Source: Candidatus Magasanikiibacteriota bacterium (lineage in GTDB: Bacteria > Patescibacteriota > Patescibacteriia > Magasanikbacterales > UBA922). From it: DNA of 64,000 bases. The notes under the pieces are model-generated. The model did no database searches. It was not told the origin of the DNA and saw only the letters and a program-made list of their open reading frames with translations. Position numbers and translations under genes: made by a program. The DNA lies in NCBI GenBank assembly GCA_018650645.1, contig JABIFP010000027.1, forward strand, positions 24,379 through 88,378, written 5' to 3'. Shown here piece after piece: positions 48,720-59,100 of this stretch; position 1 is the first letter of the stretch, and every line of letters begins with the position of its first letter.

Positions 48720-49965
48720 TGCGCTGAGCTTTTCGCTCGGTGATTTTTTTATGTGTGGGAAGATTTACAATATGTGATGCAAAAAATTCTGCTTGCGGAC
48801 AACTGCCTGCCACATACATCATCTGCTGCGCATCGATATCTTTTGGTCCGATTGGCGTACTATACCAATCGCCTAAAAGTACGCCCCGAAACTTGATCTG
48901 TGTAATAGCTGTAACACTATCAGCAACAAGTAAGGGATACCGACAAAATACAGCACCTGAAATCAAATCATCCTCAAACGCATCTTTATATATTCTTCCT
49001 ATCTTTTTTCTGTGCCAAGCCAGACGATCTGCTCGTTTTAATTCAGGTAGCAGCATATATGCAATAATATTATTCATCTTTGCTGGCGCATACGTTGCAA
49101 GTTCACCACTTTTTTCTGACTGCTCAATAAATTTGTGCAATACCTGCAGTTTACGAAGCGCACCAAGAATATATCTACCACCAAATGAATACATAGGCTT
49201 GAAACACCAAAACATGAGTATAGTAAACAGATGCAGTGAAACGATGCCTGTTGGCAAATATGGAAGCTCACTAAGACGTGTAAAGATATCTTTCTGATAC
49301 ATCGAATTATTAATAACAAGCGCTCCTCCTCTTCCGCATGAAATAGCTTTGTCTGAACCAAAACTGAGAACGGCAAGATCACCGAGCGTTCCTAGTAACG
49401 TTCCCTCTAGTGTAGAAGAATATGTATGCGCGCAATCTTCAATGATAGCAATATCGTGTTTTTTCACGCAATCTTTTATACCCGGTATGTCTGCGGGAAT
49501 ACCAAAGGTATGCTGCACAACAATTGCCCTTGTGCGGTCAGAAATAGCGCTCTCTAGCGCTGAAACATCAATACTGTAGCGTTTATCAACATCCACATAC
49601 ACAACTGCTGCACCTGCAGCACGAACAGCATTTACAACAACTGCACAGGTAAATGCCTGCAAGATTACTTCATCGCCCTTTTTGAGTGATAGTGTTTGTA
49701 ATGCAAGAAGTAATGCAGACCTTCCTGAATCTACAGCTACTGTTTTTGCTCCGTATCGACTCGTTAATGCGCTCTCCACTTTGTCTACGTATGATCCTTT
49801 TTTCCAGCGGAACCAAAAGAACGGCGAATATGCAAATTTTGCACGGAGCGCCTGTCGCCAACATACATGTGGACCCATGCCAGTAAATATCATACGATTA
49901 CTTATCCTTACGGATTTCTTTAAGCGTAAGTGGATATAGCCGATTTTCAAGTAGTACAACAACAT
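48682..49965 (-). CDS. DegT/DnrJ/EryC1/StrS-family PLP-dependent aminotransferase
   Basis: GDEVILQAFTCAVVVNAV and SFGSDKAISCGRGGAL (PLP-lysine motif). The true start may be internal. Confidence 0.7.
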   Translation of the reverse strand: MLLYYLKIGYIHLRLKKSVRISNRMIFTGMGPHVCWRQALRAKFAYSPFFWFRWKKGSYVDKVESALTSRYGAKTVAVDSGRSALLLALQTLSLKKGDEVILQAFTCAVVVNAVRAAGAAVVYVDVDKRYSIDVSALESAISDRTRAIVVQHTFGIPADIPGIKDCVKKHDIAIIEDCAHTYSSTLEGTLLGTLGDLAVLSFGSDKAISCGRGGALVINNSMYQKDIFTRLSELPYLPTGIVSLHLFTILMFWCFKPMYSFGGRYILGALRKLQVLHKFIEQSEKSGELATYAPAKMNNIIAYMLLPELKRADRLAWHRKKIGRIYKDAFEDDLISGAVFCRYPLLVADSVTAITQIKFRGVLLGDWYSTPIGPKDIDAQQMMYVAGSCPQAEFFASHIVNLPTHKKITERKAQRIVSLIKPYIHED

Positions 49966-51490
49966 CCTTTGAGTACAGTGATTTTACGTATGTCATAAGT
50001 GTAAGGTCTGTATCGATCACCTGCATTTCAGTGTTATATTTTCCTACCAGCCCGCGCTTCATAGGTTCTTCATATTCATTCTTTATCAAAATGAGCTCGT
50101 CTGCACTAAATGCGATTGCACCGGCAACTTCTTCATGTAACTCATCAGAGCGATCACCAAGCTCAAGCATACCTCTTGTAATGACAATTCTATGCTTGCT
50201 TGATGGATACGAAGAAAGAATAGTAAGTGCTGCCTTAAATCCATCTGGATTACTATTGTATGAATCATCCAATATAATGGCACTTCCATACATATAAGTA
50301 GTCAGCACAATTTCAGGAATAGAGAGCTCTGAAACTGCCTGCGTAATCTCCTGCTGACTCATACCAAGATGATCTGCTACAATCACACATGGTGCAATAT
50401 TCATTGCAATATGCTCTCCCATCACAGGAGCTGCAAGAATATGTGATTCTTTATATAGCGTATATTGAAATTTCAACTCTTGGTCTTTTACTTTAATATC
50501 AACTATATGAAGCCGTGGATCGTGATCGGAATCAAACCCAAACAGCGCTTTTTTTGCCTTCACCGAATCTATAAGCGACATGCAGTGCGGATTATCTGCA
50601 TTTACCACCGCTAATCCATCCTCAGGCAATGATTGCAGCAATTCATACTTTGTCTTTGTTGTGTTTTCTACAGTCTTAAAGAGTGCAAGGTGCTGTTCAT
50701 TAATTGCCGTTAAAACACCAATCTCTGGGCCAACCATATCAGAGATGATTTTTATTTCTCCCATTCTGTATGCACCCATTTCGACCACAAAAATATCCGC
50801 ATCAGCAAATGATGTTCGCAAAATAAATAGTGCAATACCAATATCCGCATTGATATTTTTTGGTGTCTTAATTACCTTAAAATTTTTCCCTAATATCTCT
50901 GAAAGAAACTCTTTCGTCGTTGTTTTTCCGTAGCTTCCTGTAATACCAATTACTCGCAATTGAGAGGCTCTCTTAATTTTTTTTGTTGCGAGCTTTACTA
51001 TCGCCCATTTGGTAATTTTAGAGGGTACACCAATCACCGCTAGCGCAGCAAAGGCAATCAGAAATCGAGCTGATAGAAGTGGTGCAATTGTCGTATCACT
51101 AACCGATAATAAGATAATGCTTCCCTCAAACAGGAGAGCAAGCAATAGCAGTAATGTTACCTTCATGGTAAATACTGGTCTACTTAACCCCCTTCTCTGC
51201 TTACGCATAACAAGCGCAAGTAGATCTGTTAGCACAACAATGGCAATAATTACCTCCAGAGAAAACCAATGTGATAAAAATCCATACACAATAATAATCC
51301 AAATCACGCGCCACAAATAGGTATATTCTAATAGCTTTGCATGCCCTTCGTGAGAATGAAAATAGTCACTTAATCTATCCCATCTATATTCCTTTAGCTG
51401 AAGCGCATAGAGATGCTCGATATATTCGAGTGCTGCCGTTGCAAGCCACACGGCCCCAAGAGCAACTAACATTGGAGTAGAAAAAATCAT
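49898..51490 (-). CDS. Mur ligase (MurF-like) with N-terminal transmembrane extension
   Basis: P-loop VIGITGSYGKTTTKEF. About 140 N-terminal residues are hydrophobic helices. Confidence 0.75.
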   Translation of the reverse strand: MIFSTPMLVALGAVWLATAALEYIEHLYALQLKEYRWDRLSDYFHSHEGHAKLLEYTYLWRVIWIIIVYGFLSHWFSLEVIIAIVVLTDLLALVMRKQRRGLSRPVFTMKVTLLLLLALLFEGSIILLSVSDTTIAPLLSARFLIAFAALAVIGVPSKITKWAIVKLATKKIKRASQLRVIGITGSYGKTTTKEFLSEILGKNFKVIKTPKNINADIGIALFILRTSFADADIFVVEMGAYRMGEIKIISDMVGPEIGVLTAINEQHLALFKTVENTTKTKYELLQSLPEDGLAVVNADNPHCMSLIDSVKAKKALFGFDSDHDPRLHIVDIKVKDQELKFQYTLYKESHILAAPVMGEHIAMNIAPCVIVADHLGMSQQEITQAVSELSIPEIVLTTYMYGSAIILDDSYNSNPDGFKAALTILSSYPSSKHRIVITRGMLELGDRSDELHEEVAGAIAFSADELILIKNEYEEPMKRGLVGKYNTEMQVIDTDLTLMTYVKSLYSKDVVVLLENRLYPLTLKEIRKDK

Positions 51491-52236
51491 AGAGTTCGTA
51501 AAAATTGCTGAATACGCTCATGTAGCTCCTGCGGCATTTTTATATGTATTCCATGCGTTGCGCCATCAAAAATGTGCATGGTAGCGTCCTTAATTTTGCT
51601 GTGAATGCGCTTTCCATGTCTAAGTGGCGTATATCTATCAGCACTACCCCACACAACAAGTGTAGGAAGGGTGATTTGTGCAAGCATATGCTGCACATCA
51701 AATCTGATAACACGCAAAAAAATCTTTTGCTTCATTCCCTTTGCATTTGTATAGTCTGGTGATCCAATGACTCTATATAGTTTGTATCGTATGTTGTTAG
51801 CAATCTTTTTTGACGTAAATGATAAAAGTACTTTTGCAAAGAATGAAGCGGCCTTTCCAAGCGCACGTCGAACAAATTTCTTCGGCCGAATAATTGCAGC
51901 GCCACTTAATACGACAGCATCAACTCCAGCCTGCCCATTATGCCCCAGCATATACGTAAGCACTTGCCCACCAAAACTATGACCAAGAACAACAATCTTT
52001 GCATGCGCATGCTTATTCTTTATTCGATGAATTTCTTGCTGAACATATGTTGCATATTCAGGAACATCCCAAACGCTTTCCGGACACGATTTTGCACCAA
52101 AACAAGGCAATTCAATCACCTCCACATCTACATACTCACCGCTTTTTTGCGCTCTATCAGTAAATTTCTTCCAACTAGAAGCATCACCTCCCCAGCCGGG
52201 AATGATTACTAATACACGTTGCGCAAAAGAAGCCAT
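51487..52236 (-). CDS. alpha/beta-fold hydrolase
   Basis: GHSFGG nucleophile elbow. Catalytic His near the C-terminus. Confidence 0.7.
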   Translation of the reverse strand: MASFAQRVLVIIPGWGGDASSWKKFTDRAQKSGEYVDVEVIELPCFGAKSCPESVWDVPEYATYVQQEIHRIKNKHAHAKIVVLGHSFGGQVLTYMLGHNGQAGVDAVVLSGAAIIRPKKFVRRALGKAASFFAKVLLSFTSKKIANNIRYKLYRVIGSPDYTNAKGMKQKIFLRVIRFDVQHMLAQITLPTLVVWGSADRYTPLRHGKRIHSKIKDATMHIFDGATHGIHIKMPQELHERIQQFLRTL

Positions 52237-52238
52237 AG

Positions 52239-53495
52239 TTATCCAATATATTCTTTACCAACGTACTTAGCGAGTACCGCTGGAAGTTTAATACGACCAT
52301 CTTCTTGCTGAAAGTTTTCTACTAATGCAATTGGGAATCTTGATAAAACGATTGCTGTTCCATTAAGTGTATGTACAAACTCCGTTTTCCCCTCGTCATT
52401 CTTATGGCGGATTTGTAATCTTCTTGCTTGGTAATCTGTGCAATTACTTGTTGATGTGATTTCTCCGTACCCCGCCACATTGTTTTCGTCTCCATTCATC
52501 ACCATGAGCGCTTCAATATCATACTTTCTGTACGCTGGCGCTCCAAGGTCCGCAGAAGGAATATCAATCACGCGGTATGGAAATTCAAGCCCATCACAAA
52601 TCTCTTTTTCAATGGCAAGAAGCTCCCGATGCATTGCTTCAGACTCTTCTTTTTTACAAAATACGAACAGCTCTAGTTTTGTAAATTGATGTACTCTGTA
52701 GAGTCCCTTACTCGTTCTTCCATATGCGCCACTTTCTTTTCTGTAGCAATGACTGATTGCAGCATATTTAACAGGACCATTTGAGAGATCCATGATCTCA
52801 TTCGCATGCAAACCAAGAGTTGTAATCTCTGCTGTTCCTATTAAAGCAAGATCCGTATTTTCTACCGTATAAATCTGATCCTCTTCTCCTCTTGGGTTAA
52901 ATCCAGCTCCCATCAATATTGATTCCTTTGCCATGTCTGGTGTCTCGATTGGCAAAAATCCATGTTTTTCTGCAATATCTAATCCATATTGCAGCAGTCC
53001 CATGTTCAGTCGTACCAAATCACCCTTTGCAAAATAAAATTTTGATCCAGTAACCTTTGCACCGCGCTCAAAATCGAGCATATCACTGGCAGAAAGTAAT
53101 TCCTCATGATCTTTTGGCGTAAAACTGAATGCCGGCATCTCTCCCTTTGTAGAAACAACAACATATGCATCTTCCTCACCAACTGGTGAATCGGGATGCA
53201 TGCGATTTGGTACACTTGCAAGAAGAGCTGTGTAGGTGTTCATTATCTCGCGCAAGGTTCCCTCTTTTTCAGAAATATTTGAACTAAGCGCCTTCATTTG
53301 TTCTAGCGCATCAGGAGATGGTTTTCCTTTTGGTTGCGCTTTTTGCTGTGCACGAAGTCCATCGAGCTCTTGCTGCATGGCTCGTCTTTGCTCATCGCTT
53401 GCAAGAAGCGCTTCAATATCACAAGAAACGTTGCGTGCTTTGCAGTTTGCCTGTACTTCCTCCACGTTTTCACGAATGTATGCAATGTCTAACAT
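52239..53495 (-). CDS. serS: serine--tRNA ligase
   Basis: N-terminal coiled-coil arm and class II motifs 1-3 (FRKESGAYGRTSKGLYRVHQF). Confidence 0.9.
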   Translation of the reverse strand: MLDIAYIRENVEEVQANCKARNVSCDIEALLASDEQRRAMQQELDGLRAQQKAQPKGKPSPDALEQMKALSSNISEKEGTLREIMNTYTALLASVPNRMHPDSPVGEEDAYVVVSTKGEMPAFSFTPKDHEELLSASDMLDFERGAKVTGSKFYFAKGDLVRLNMGLLQYGLDIAEKHGFLPIETPDMAKESILMGAGFNPRGEEDQIYTVENTDLALIGTAEITTLGLHANEIMDLSNGPVKYAAISHCYRKESGAYGRTSKGLYRVHQFTKLELFVFCKKEESEAMHRELLAIEKEICDGLEFPYRVIDIPSADLGAPAYRKYDIEALMVMNGDENNVAGYGEITSTSNCTDYQARRLQIRHKNDEGKTEFVHTLNGTAIVLSRFPIALVENFQQEDGRIKLPAVLAKYVGKEYIG

Positions 53496-54082
53496 ATGGT
53501 TGTTTCAAGATAGGTGATAATTTTTTGTAATGCCTTTCCTCTATGCGAATAACTGTTTTTTTCTGATTTACTCATCTCTGCAAATGTTTTTTCAGCCTCA
53601 TCGACATAAAACACGTGATTAAATCCCCATTTCATATGAGATGACTCATATGGTTCATCCGTTATATGACCGCTACATGAACCATATGCCGCATACAATT
53701 CCTTGCATCGTGGGTCATAGTACGCTAGCCAACCCTGAAACGTTGCCGTCCGCTTACTTGTCTCTACACCGTCAAGCTCTTTCAGAATCAACGCAAGTTT
53801 TGTTTCATGTGTTGGAGCAACTCTGGCGCTTCGTACTCCCGGCCACCCATCAAGCGCGTCACAAAACAATCCCCCATCATCAGCGAGCGTCGGTAAACCT
53901 GTTTGCTCTGCGTAGTATTGCGCTTTAAGCACAGCATTTTCTAACAGTGTCTCTCCTGTTTCTTCAGGTTCAATTATGTCTGGAAAATCTTTTAGTGTTA
54001 CTAATTCAATATCAAGATCAGCAAACGGTAAACGAAGCTCTTCAATTTTACCAGCGTTTCCTGTACCAAGAAGAAGTTTCAT
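53489..54082 (-). CDS. RdgB/HAM1-family non-canonical purine NTP pyrophosphatase
   Basis: GTGNAGKIEE N-terminal motif and SHRG C-terminal motif. Confidence 0.85.
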   Translation of the reverse strand: MKLLLGTGNAGKIEELRLPFADLDIELVTLKDFPDIIEPEETGETLLENAVLKAQYYAEQTGLPTLADDGGLFCDALDGWPGVRSARVAPTHETKLALILKELDGVETSKRTATFQGWLAYYDPRCKELYAAYGSCSGHITDEPYESSHMKWGFNHVFYVDEAEKTFAEMSKSEKNSYSHRGKALQKIITYLETTIC

Positions 54083-54083
54083 A

Positions 54084-54503
54084 CTAGACCATGTTGCTTA
54101 TATACGACTTGATTAATCCGCTTTTGTGTTGCTCTGGTTTATATGCAGTCATTCTTTTAACTTCAATCTGCAACGATTCATTGGCAATCATTTCTTGCAA
54201 TTTTTCTACGTACGCCTCCTGATCGTACCCCAGACAAATAATATCTGGCTGTAATTCTCTAACGACCTTATATACATCAGCGCTGTCACCTATAACTGCT
54301 TCATCAATAAGATCTATATGAGCTATCAGTGCTCTCCGCTCATTTTGCGTATGCACAGGTGCTTGTCCTTTTACTTTTTGCGCATTTGCATCAGTTGCAA
54401 CGACTACAATGAGTCTATCAGCAGCAGCCTTTGCTTGCTTCAGCAAATCGACATGTCCTAGGTGCAACACATCAAATGTGCCAAATACCATGGCTGTTTT
54501 CAT
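54084..54503 (-). CDS. cytidylyltransferase-family nucleotidyltransferase
   Basis: FGTFDVLHLGH (HxGH) motif. 139 aa. Confidence 0.65.
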   Translation of the reverse strand: MKTAMVFGTFDVLHLGHVDLLKQAKAAADRLIVVVATDANAQKVKGQAPVHTQNERRALIAHIDLIDEAVIGDSADVYKVVRELQPDIICLGYDQEAYVEKLQEMIANESLQIEVKRMTAYKPEQHKSGLIKSYISNMV

Positions 54504-54505
54504 AT

Positions 54506-55972
54506 CTATTCTTTTGGTTTTACAAGTGGGAACGTTGTTACCTCTCTAAGCGTATGCGATCCAGTAATAAGAGCAGCAAATCGATCAATCCCGATTCCTG
54601 TTCCCGTTGCTGGCGGCATAGCATGTTCAAGCGCCTCAACATAATCATGATCGTACTGCATTGCTTCATCATCACCATCAGCTCTGTCTTGCGCCTGCTT
54701 TTCAAATCTCTCACGCTGATCAATCGGATCATTAAGTTCAGTATAACTGTTACTTAACTCAAATCCATTCACAATTAGCTGGAACATCTCTGTATACCGT
54801 GGATCCTCTGCTTTTTTGGCAAGTGGTTTTAATTCCGCTGGGTAATTGAGAACAAATGTTGGCTGAATAATGCTTGGCCGAGCAGTTTGTTTATACAAAT
54901 TATCAACGAGCTTTCCTCGTGAAGCACTTGGATCAACGTCGTATCCTTTTTCTTTCATGATTGCTCCAAGCGATTGCTTATCAGCATAATCATTAATATC
55001 GATTCCAGAATGTTCAAGTACAACATCATGGAATGTTACTCGTGGATATGGACCAGCAAAATCAATCTTGTGCCCATCATGTTCAACAATAAGAGATCCA
55101 ACTGCTTCTTTTACAATATATGGAAGCATTCTTTCGTGAAGCACCATATTGTCTTCATAATCTGCGTATGCCCAATAGAATTCAATCATGGTGAATTCAG
55201 GATTATGCTGTCTATCTACTCCTTCGTTTCTAAAAGCTCTTCCAATTTCAAATGTTTTTTCAAACCCACCCACAAGCAGCCGCTTCTGCCACAACTCACC
55301 AATACAAATGCGTAAATGCACATCTAAATCAAATGCATTTAAATGTGTATCGAATGTTTTTGCCATGGCACCAGATGCAATCGTTTCAAGCATAGGCGTT
55401 TCAACTTCCATAAACCCTTCACCATGCAAAAAGTCTCGCATTGCACGCACCAGTCGTGAACGTACTTCAATTTTTTCTTTTTCTTCAGGATTCACCAAAA
55501 AATCGATATATCTTTTTCTATATCGAAGCTCTTCATCATTCATGCCGTGAAATTTGTCTGGAAGTGGTAATAGCGCCTTTGAAAGAAGCGTCCAACTAGC
55601 AATCATTACTGATTGTTCTCCTTTATGCGTTACAAATCTCTCACCAGTAATTTGTAAGATGTCTCCAACGTCAAGTTTTTTTACAAATACTTTATACGAT
55701 TCTTTTCCGATGTCATCTTGCTTTAATGCAATTTGCACTTGCCCAGAGGCATCACGAAGCTGACAAAATGCAAGTTTCCCCATATCTCTTTTGAGCATGA
55801 GTCTTCCGGTAATTGTAACTGTACTTCCCTCTGCTTCTTCAAGTGCCTGCTTTGCTGTATGTGTCCGCGACACACGCGCAGGATACGGATTAATACCCAA
55901 TTCTTTTAAATCCTCCAATTTCTGTAGTCGAGCTTTGCGCTCGTCGTTTACGTTGCTGTTTTCTTGTGACAT
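54506..55972 (-). CDS. lysS: lysine--tRNA ligase (class II)
   Basis: N-terminal OB anticodon-binding domain and class II motifs (FRNEG...). Confidence 0.9.
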   Translation of the reverse strand: MSQENSNVNDERKARLQKLEDLKELGINPYPARVSRTHTAKQALEEAEGSTVTITGRLMLKRDMGKLAFCQLRDASGQVQIALKQDDIGKESYKVFVKKLDVGDILQITGERFVTHKGEQSVMIASWTLLSKALLPLPDKFHGMNDEELRYRKRYIDFLVNPEEKEKIEVRSRLVRAMRDFLHGEGFMEVETPMLETIASGAMAKTFDTHLNAFDLDVHLRICIGELWQKRLLVGGFEKTFEIGRAFRNEGVDRQHNPEFTMIEFYWAYADYEDNMVLHERMLPYIVKEAVGSLIVEHDGHKIDFAGPYPRVTFHDVVLEHSGIDINDYADKQSLGAIMKEKGYDVDPSASRGKLVDNLYKQTARPSIIQPTFVLNYPAELKPLAKKAEDPRYTEMFQLIVNGFELSNSYTELNDPIDQRERFEKQAQDRADGDDEAMQYDHDYVEALEHAMPPATGTGIGIDRFAALITGSHTLREVTTFPLVKPKE

Positions 55973-56056
55973 ATATTTCTGAATAGATGAGGTCGATTTT
56001 TCCCTCAGTATAGCAAAGTTAGCAGATAAATCAAACGCCCCATGTGGGGCGCTCAG

Positions 56057-56515
56057 CTATGAAATGTTTAGAATTTCGTACTCTTGCTTTCCCGCCGGAA
56101 TCTCTACTTCCACGGTATCTCCCTTGCGCTTGCCAAAAAAGGCTTCACCTAGCGGAGATTCGTTTGAAATCTTGCCCACAAGAGGCTCAGCTTCCTGCGC
56201 GCCAACAAGCATATAGGTCTTCTCTTTACCCTTTACTCTTACCGTTACTGATGATCCAAGAGAGACTGTATCAGTCTTTCCGCCAGTAATAATCTGCGCA
56301 TTATCAATAACTGCCTGAACTTCCAAACTTCTTGCTTTTTGCCACCCAAGCTGCTCCCTCGCCGCATGATATTCTGCATTTTCAGATAAATCACCCATCT
56401 GACGAGCCTCATCAATACGTACAGCCGTTGTCGGCATACCCACTTCAATGAGATCCTTTAATTCTACTTTTAATGCCTCGAGTTTTTCTTTTGAAACGTA
56501 TTGTATATCTGCCAT
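56057..56515 (-). CDS. greA: transcription elongation factor GreA
   Basis: Coiled-coil N-domain with the conserved DLSENAEY acidic tip. FKBP-like C-domain. Confidence 0.9.
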   Translation of the reverse strand: MADIQYVSKEKLEALKVELKDLIEVGMPTTAVRIDEARQMGDLSENAEYHAAREQLGWQKARSLEVQAVIDNAQIITGGKTDTVSLGSSVTVRVKGKEKTYMLVGAQEAEPLVGKISNESPLGEAFFGKRKGDTVEVEIPAGKQEYEILNIS

Positions 56516-56581
56516 ATCAAGTGCTTATGAACCAAACACATCCGCTTGCTGCGGATGCTCAGTTAGTATAGCAAACTCTGC

Positions 56582-58681
56582 CTACTCGTCAAGCAATCTA
56601 TAGGCTGCCCACCACCGGTAAAATCGATCACCAATAGGCACCGCAGAAATTGATCCTCCCTCTCCTTCTTCAACCAAAATAGCAATGGCAATCTCAGGAT
56701 TATCAAACGGAGCAAACGATGTAAACCAGGCATGATTTTCTTTATTCCTATTCCACTGTGCTGTCCCTGTTTTCCCTGCTACAGGAATCGCCACGCTATT
56801 TAGTCGCCTACATGAACCATATGTAACACAATCTCTCATACCGAGTCGAACTGTCTGCAAATGCTCATCATGTATTGGCACTGTTCTTTTGACTTCAGCT
56901 ACCATTGGGTATTCGTCTCCCGTGACTGGATTAACAAGCGCCTCTAAAACTTGTGGAGCATACACCGTGCCACCGTTCGCAATGCTCGCGGTAACAGAAG
57001 CCATCTGCAAAGGTGTCACTAGCAAATCACCCTGCCCAATGGACAAATTATATGTATCCCCTACATACCAGCGCTCTCCTTTTTTCTCTTCTTTCCACGC
57101 TTTAGACGGCACATTTCCAGATCGTTCTCCTGGCAAATCAATGCCAAGCTCCTCAGCTAATCCAAAAGCTTCTATATATATTTTGATTTTTGCAACTCCC
57201 ATTCCTACAAAATCGCCATACCCGCCACCAATCATGTAATAAAACGTGTTAACAGAGTTTGCAATTGATTTTCTCACATCAGTTCTGCCGTGACCACCTG
57301 GTTGCCAGTCCGGAAAAAACCACTGACCAATCGCCAACCCACCAGTACTTATAAAAGTAGTCGAGCGAGTAATTATGTTCTCTTGTAGTGCGCCAGCAGC
57401 AATTGCAGGCTTTATAACTGAACCTGAAGGATACGTTCCACCAATCGCTCTATGAAAAAGTGGCCGATTTTCGTCCTCAATATATTGTTTGTATGTATCT
57501 CTATCAATTCCACCAGAAAATTCATTATTGTCGTACGTTGGAAGCGAAACAAGAGCGCGGATTTTTCCGTCTCTTGGATCAATCGCAACAGCGGCAGCTC
57601 GTGCAAGCCCTCTTCTATCGAGTTCTTCTTGCATAAAACGCTGTAAGGCAGCCTGAATCTGCAGGTCAATAGCTAAGCGCATTTGCAAGCCCGGCACAGG
57701 TGCTTCTTCTGAAAGCACGAGCTGTTTTCTTCCCATAGAATCCACCTCAACTCGGCGACGCCCATAGGTACCGCGCAGTTGCTGCTCGTATTGATACTCC
57801 ACTCCTGTTTTTCCTAAAGAGTCTGACGGAAGATATCCCTTATCATAGAGCTCATCGAGTTCCTCACGATTTAGTTTTCCCATATATCCAAGCATATGAG
57901 AAATTGAATCTACTGATGAAGTAACTCCCGTAATCACATCTTCAACCTCGTGCAAATATAAACGTTTTGAACCTTGCGCAATGGTAATTCCCGGTAAATC
58001 AGCGGCATCAATGTGAATTCTGAGCGCCTGATCATAATCAATATCTTCACGAAGGGTGATCGATTCGTAACTATACGCACCAAATTCATCAAGCGTATCG
58101 CTGAGTGACTCGGTGTCCTGTAATGTAATCTCTGAAAGCCTCGTAATTACTTCATCTCTGCTTGGCCCTACAGTATTACGAGATGTTTTTCTTGGCAGAT
58201 CTTGCGGCACAAGAGTAAGAGAAAAGTTTGGTACATTTTGCGTCAAAAGTTCTCCATTTCTGTCATAAATAAGCCCACGCTCTGCAACAATTGGAATTGT
58301 TCTCTGGCGATTTCTTTCTGCTCTTGCAAAATACCAATCACCTTCAACTATTTGCACCTGTGTAAGTCGACCTAGAATGCCTACAAAACAAAGAATAATT
58401 ATGATAAAAAAGATTCGTGCACGAGAAGATGAAAAACTTGAATCAATATACGATTTACGCTCTGCTTTTGCGCTTCCGCCACCAAAAAGAATCTCCTGAT
58501 CAACAGAATATCTATCCTCAGAAGAAATATCTTCAGAGAATAGCGCTCCCCCATCCAGTTGTGAAAATGGATCATTCATATGTGGAATACAATCGTTTTG
58601 TCGTATAAAGCGGTGTTTTTGCCATAAGCCACTGAAGGCCCAGTGAAATACCGCTCGCACCAACAATACTATACCCCACAA
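56582..58681 (-). CDS. penicillin-binding protein 2 (peptidoglycan D,D-transpeptidase, MrdA/FtsI family)
   Basis: SVIKP (SxxK), SGS, KTGTAQ motifs. Directly downstream of mreBCD. The true start may be internal. Confidence 0.85.
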   Translation of the reverse strand: MWGIVLLVRAVFHWAFSGLWQKHRFIRQNDCIPHMNDPFSQLDGGALFSEDISSEDRYSVDQEILFGGGSAKAERKSYIDSSFSSSRARIFFIIIILCFVGILGRLTQVQIVEGDWYFARAERNRQRTIPIVAERGLIYDRNGELLTQNVPNFSLTLVPQDLPRKTSRNTVGPSRDEVITRLSEITLQDTESLSDTLDEFGAYSYESITLREDIDYDQALRIHIDAADLPGITIAQGSKRLYLHEVEDVITGVTSSVDSISHMLGYMGKLNREELDELYDKGYLPSDSLGKTGVEYQYEQQLRGTYGRRRVEVDSMGRKQLVLSEEAPVPGLQMRLAIDLQIQAALQRFMQEELDRRGLARAAAVAIDPRDGKIRALVSLPTYDNNEFSGGIDRDTYKQYIEDENRPLFHRAIGGTYPSGSVIKPAIAAGALQENIITRSTTFISTGGLAIGQWFFPDWQPGGHGRTDVRKSIANSVNTFYYMIGGGYGDFVGMGVAKIKIYIEAFGLAEELGIDLPGERSGNVPSKAWKEEKKGERWYVGDTYNLSIGQGDLLVTPLQMASVTASIANGGTVYAPQVLEALVNPVTGDEYPMVAEVKRTVPIHDEHLQTVRLGMRDCVTYGSCRRLNSVAIPVAGKTGTAQWNRNKENHAWFTSFAPFDNPEIAIAILVEEGEGGSISAVPIGDRFYRWWAAYRLLDE

Positions 58682-59099
58682 AGCTAAATAATCGGCTTAC
58701 ATCGGGAAACAAGACCTCTCCGAGTAGTGCTGACGTAATAAGCAGAAGTGCAAATTTACTCACTGTAATAACCGTGGCTACCAGGATAACTCCATGCCAC
58801 ACTTGATTTGTTACCACATATGCATGTAACCAGTATCCGAGTAAAATAGAAAGGGTTCCCGCAAGCAGGTAGACGCCAAATGTTCCTCCTGAAATTGCTT
58901 CCAGTAAAAAATACCCTATAGCTCCATACCAAACAACAGCACCGCGCTCTGCCGACACAATATATACCACTGCAGCAATCGTAAAGACATCGATTGTTAC
59001 CAATGGATACGGCAGCGTATACTGAAAAAACAAATGCAAAAGCAATAGTCCTATAGTAAGCACAAGTGCAACAGAGGTTCTAATGAGTAGTGCAATCAT
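58572..59099 (-). CDS. mreD: rod shape-determining protein MreD-like membrane protein
   Basis: 175 aa. Five hydrophobic helices. Lies between mreC and the PBP2 gene. Confidence 0.6.
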   Translation of the reverse strand: MIALLIRTSVALVLTIGLLLLHLFFQYTLPYPLVTIDVFTIAAVVYIVSAERGAVVWYGAIGYFLLEAISGGTFGVYLLAGTLSILLGYWLHAYVVTNQVWHGVILVATVITVSKFALLLITSALLGEVLFPDVSRLFSFVGYSIVGASGISLGLQWLMAKTPLYTTKRLYSTYE

Positions 59100-59100
59100 A

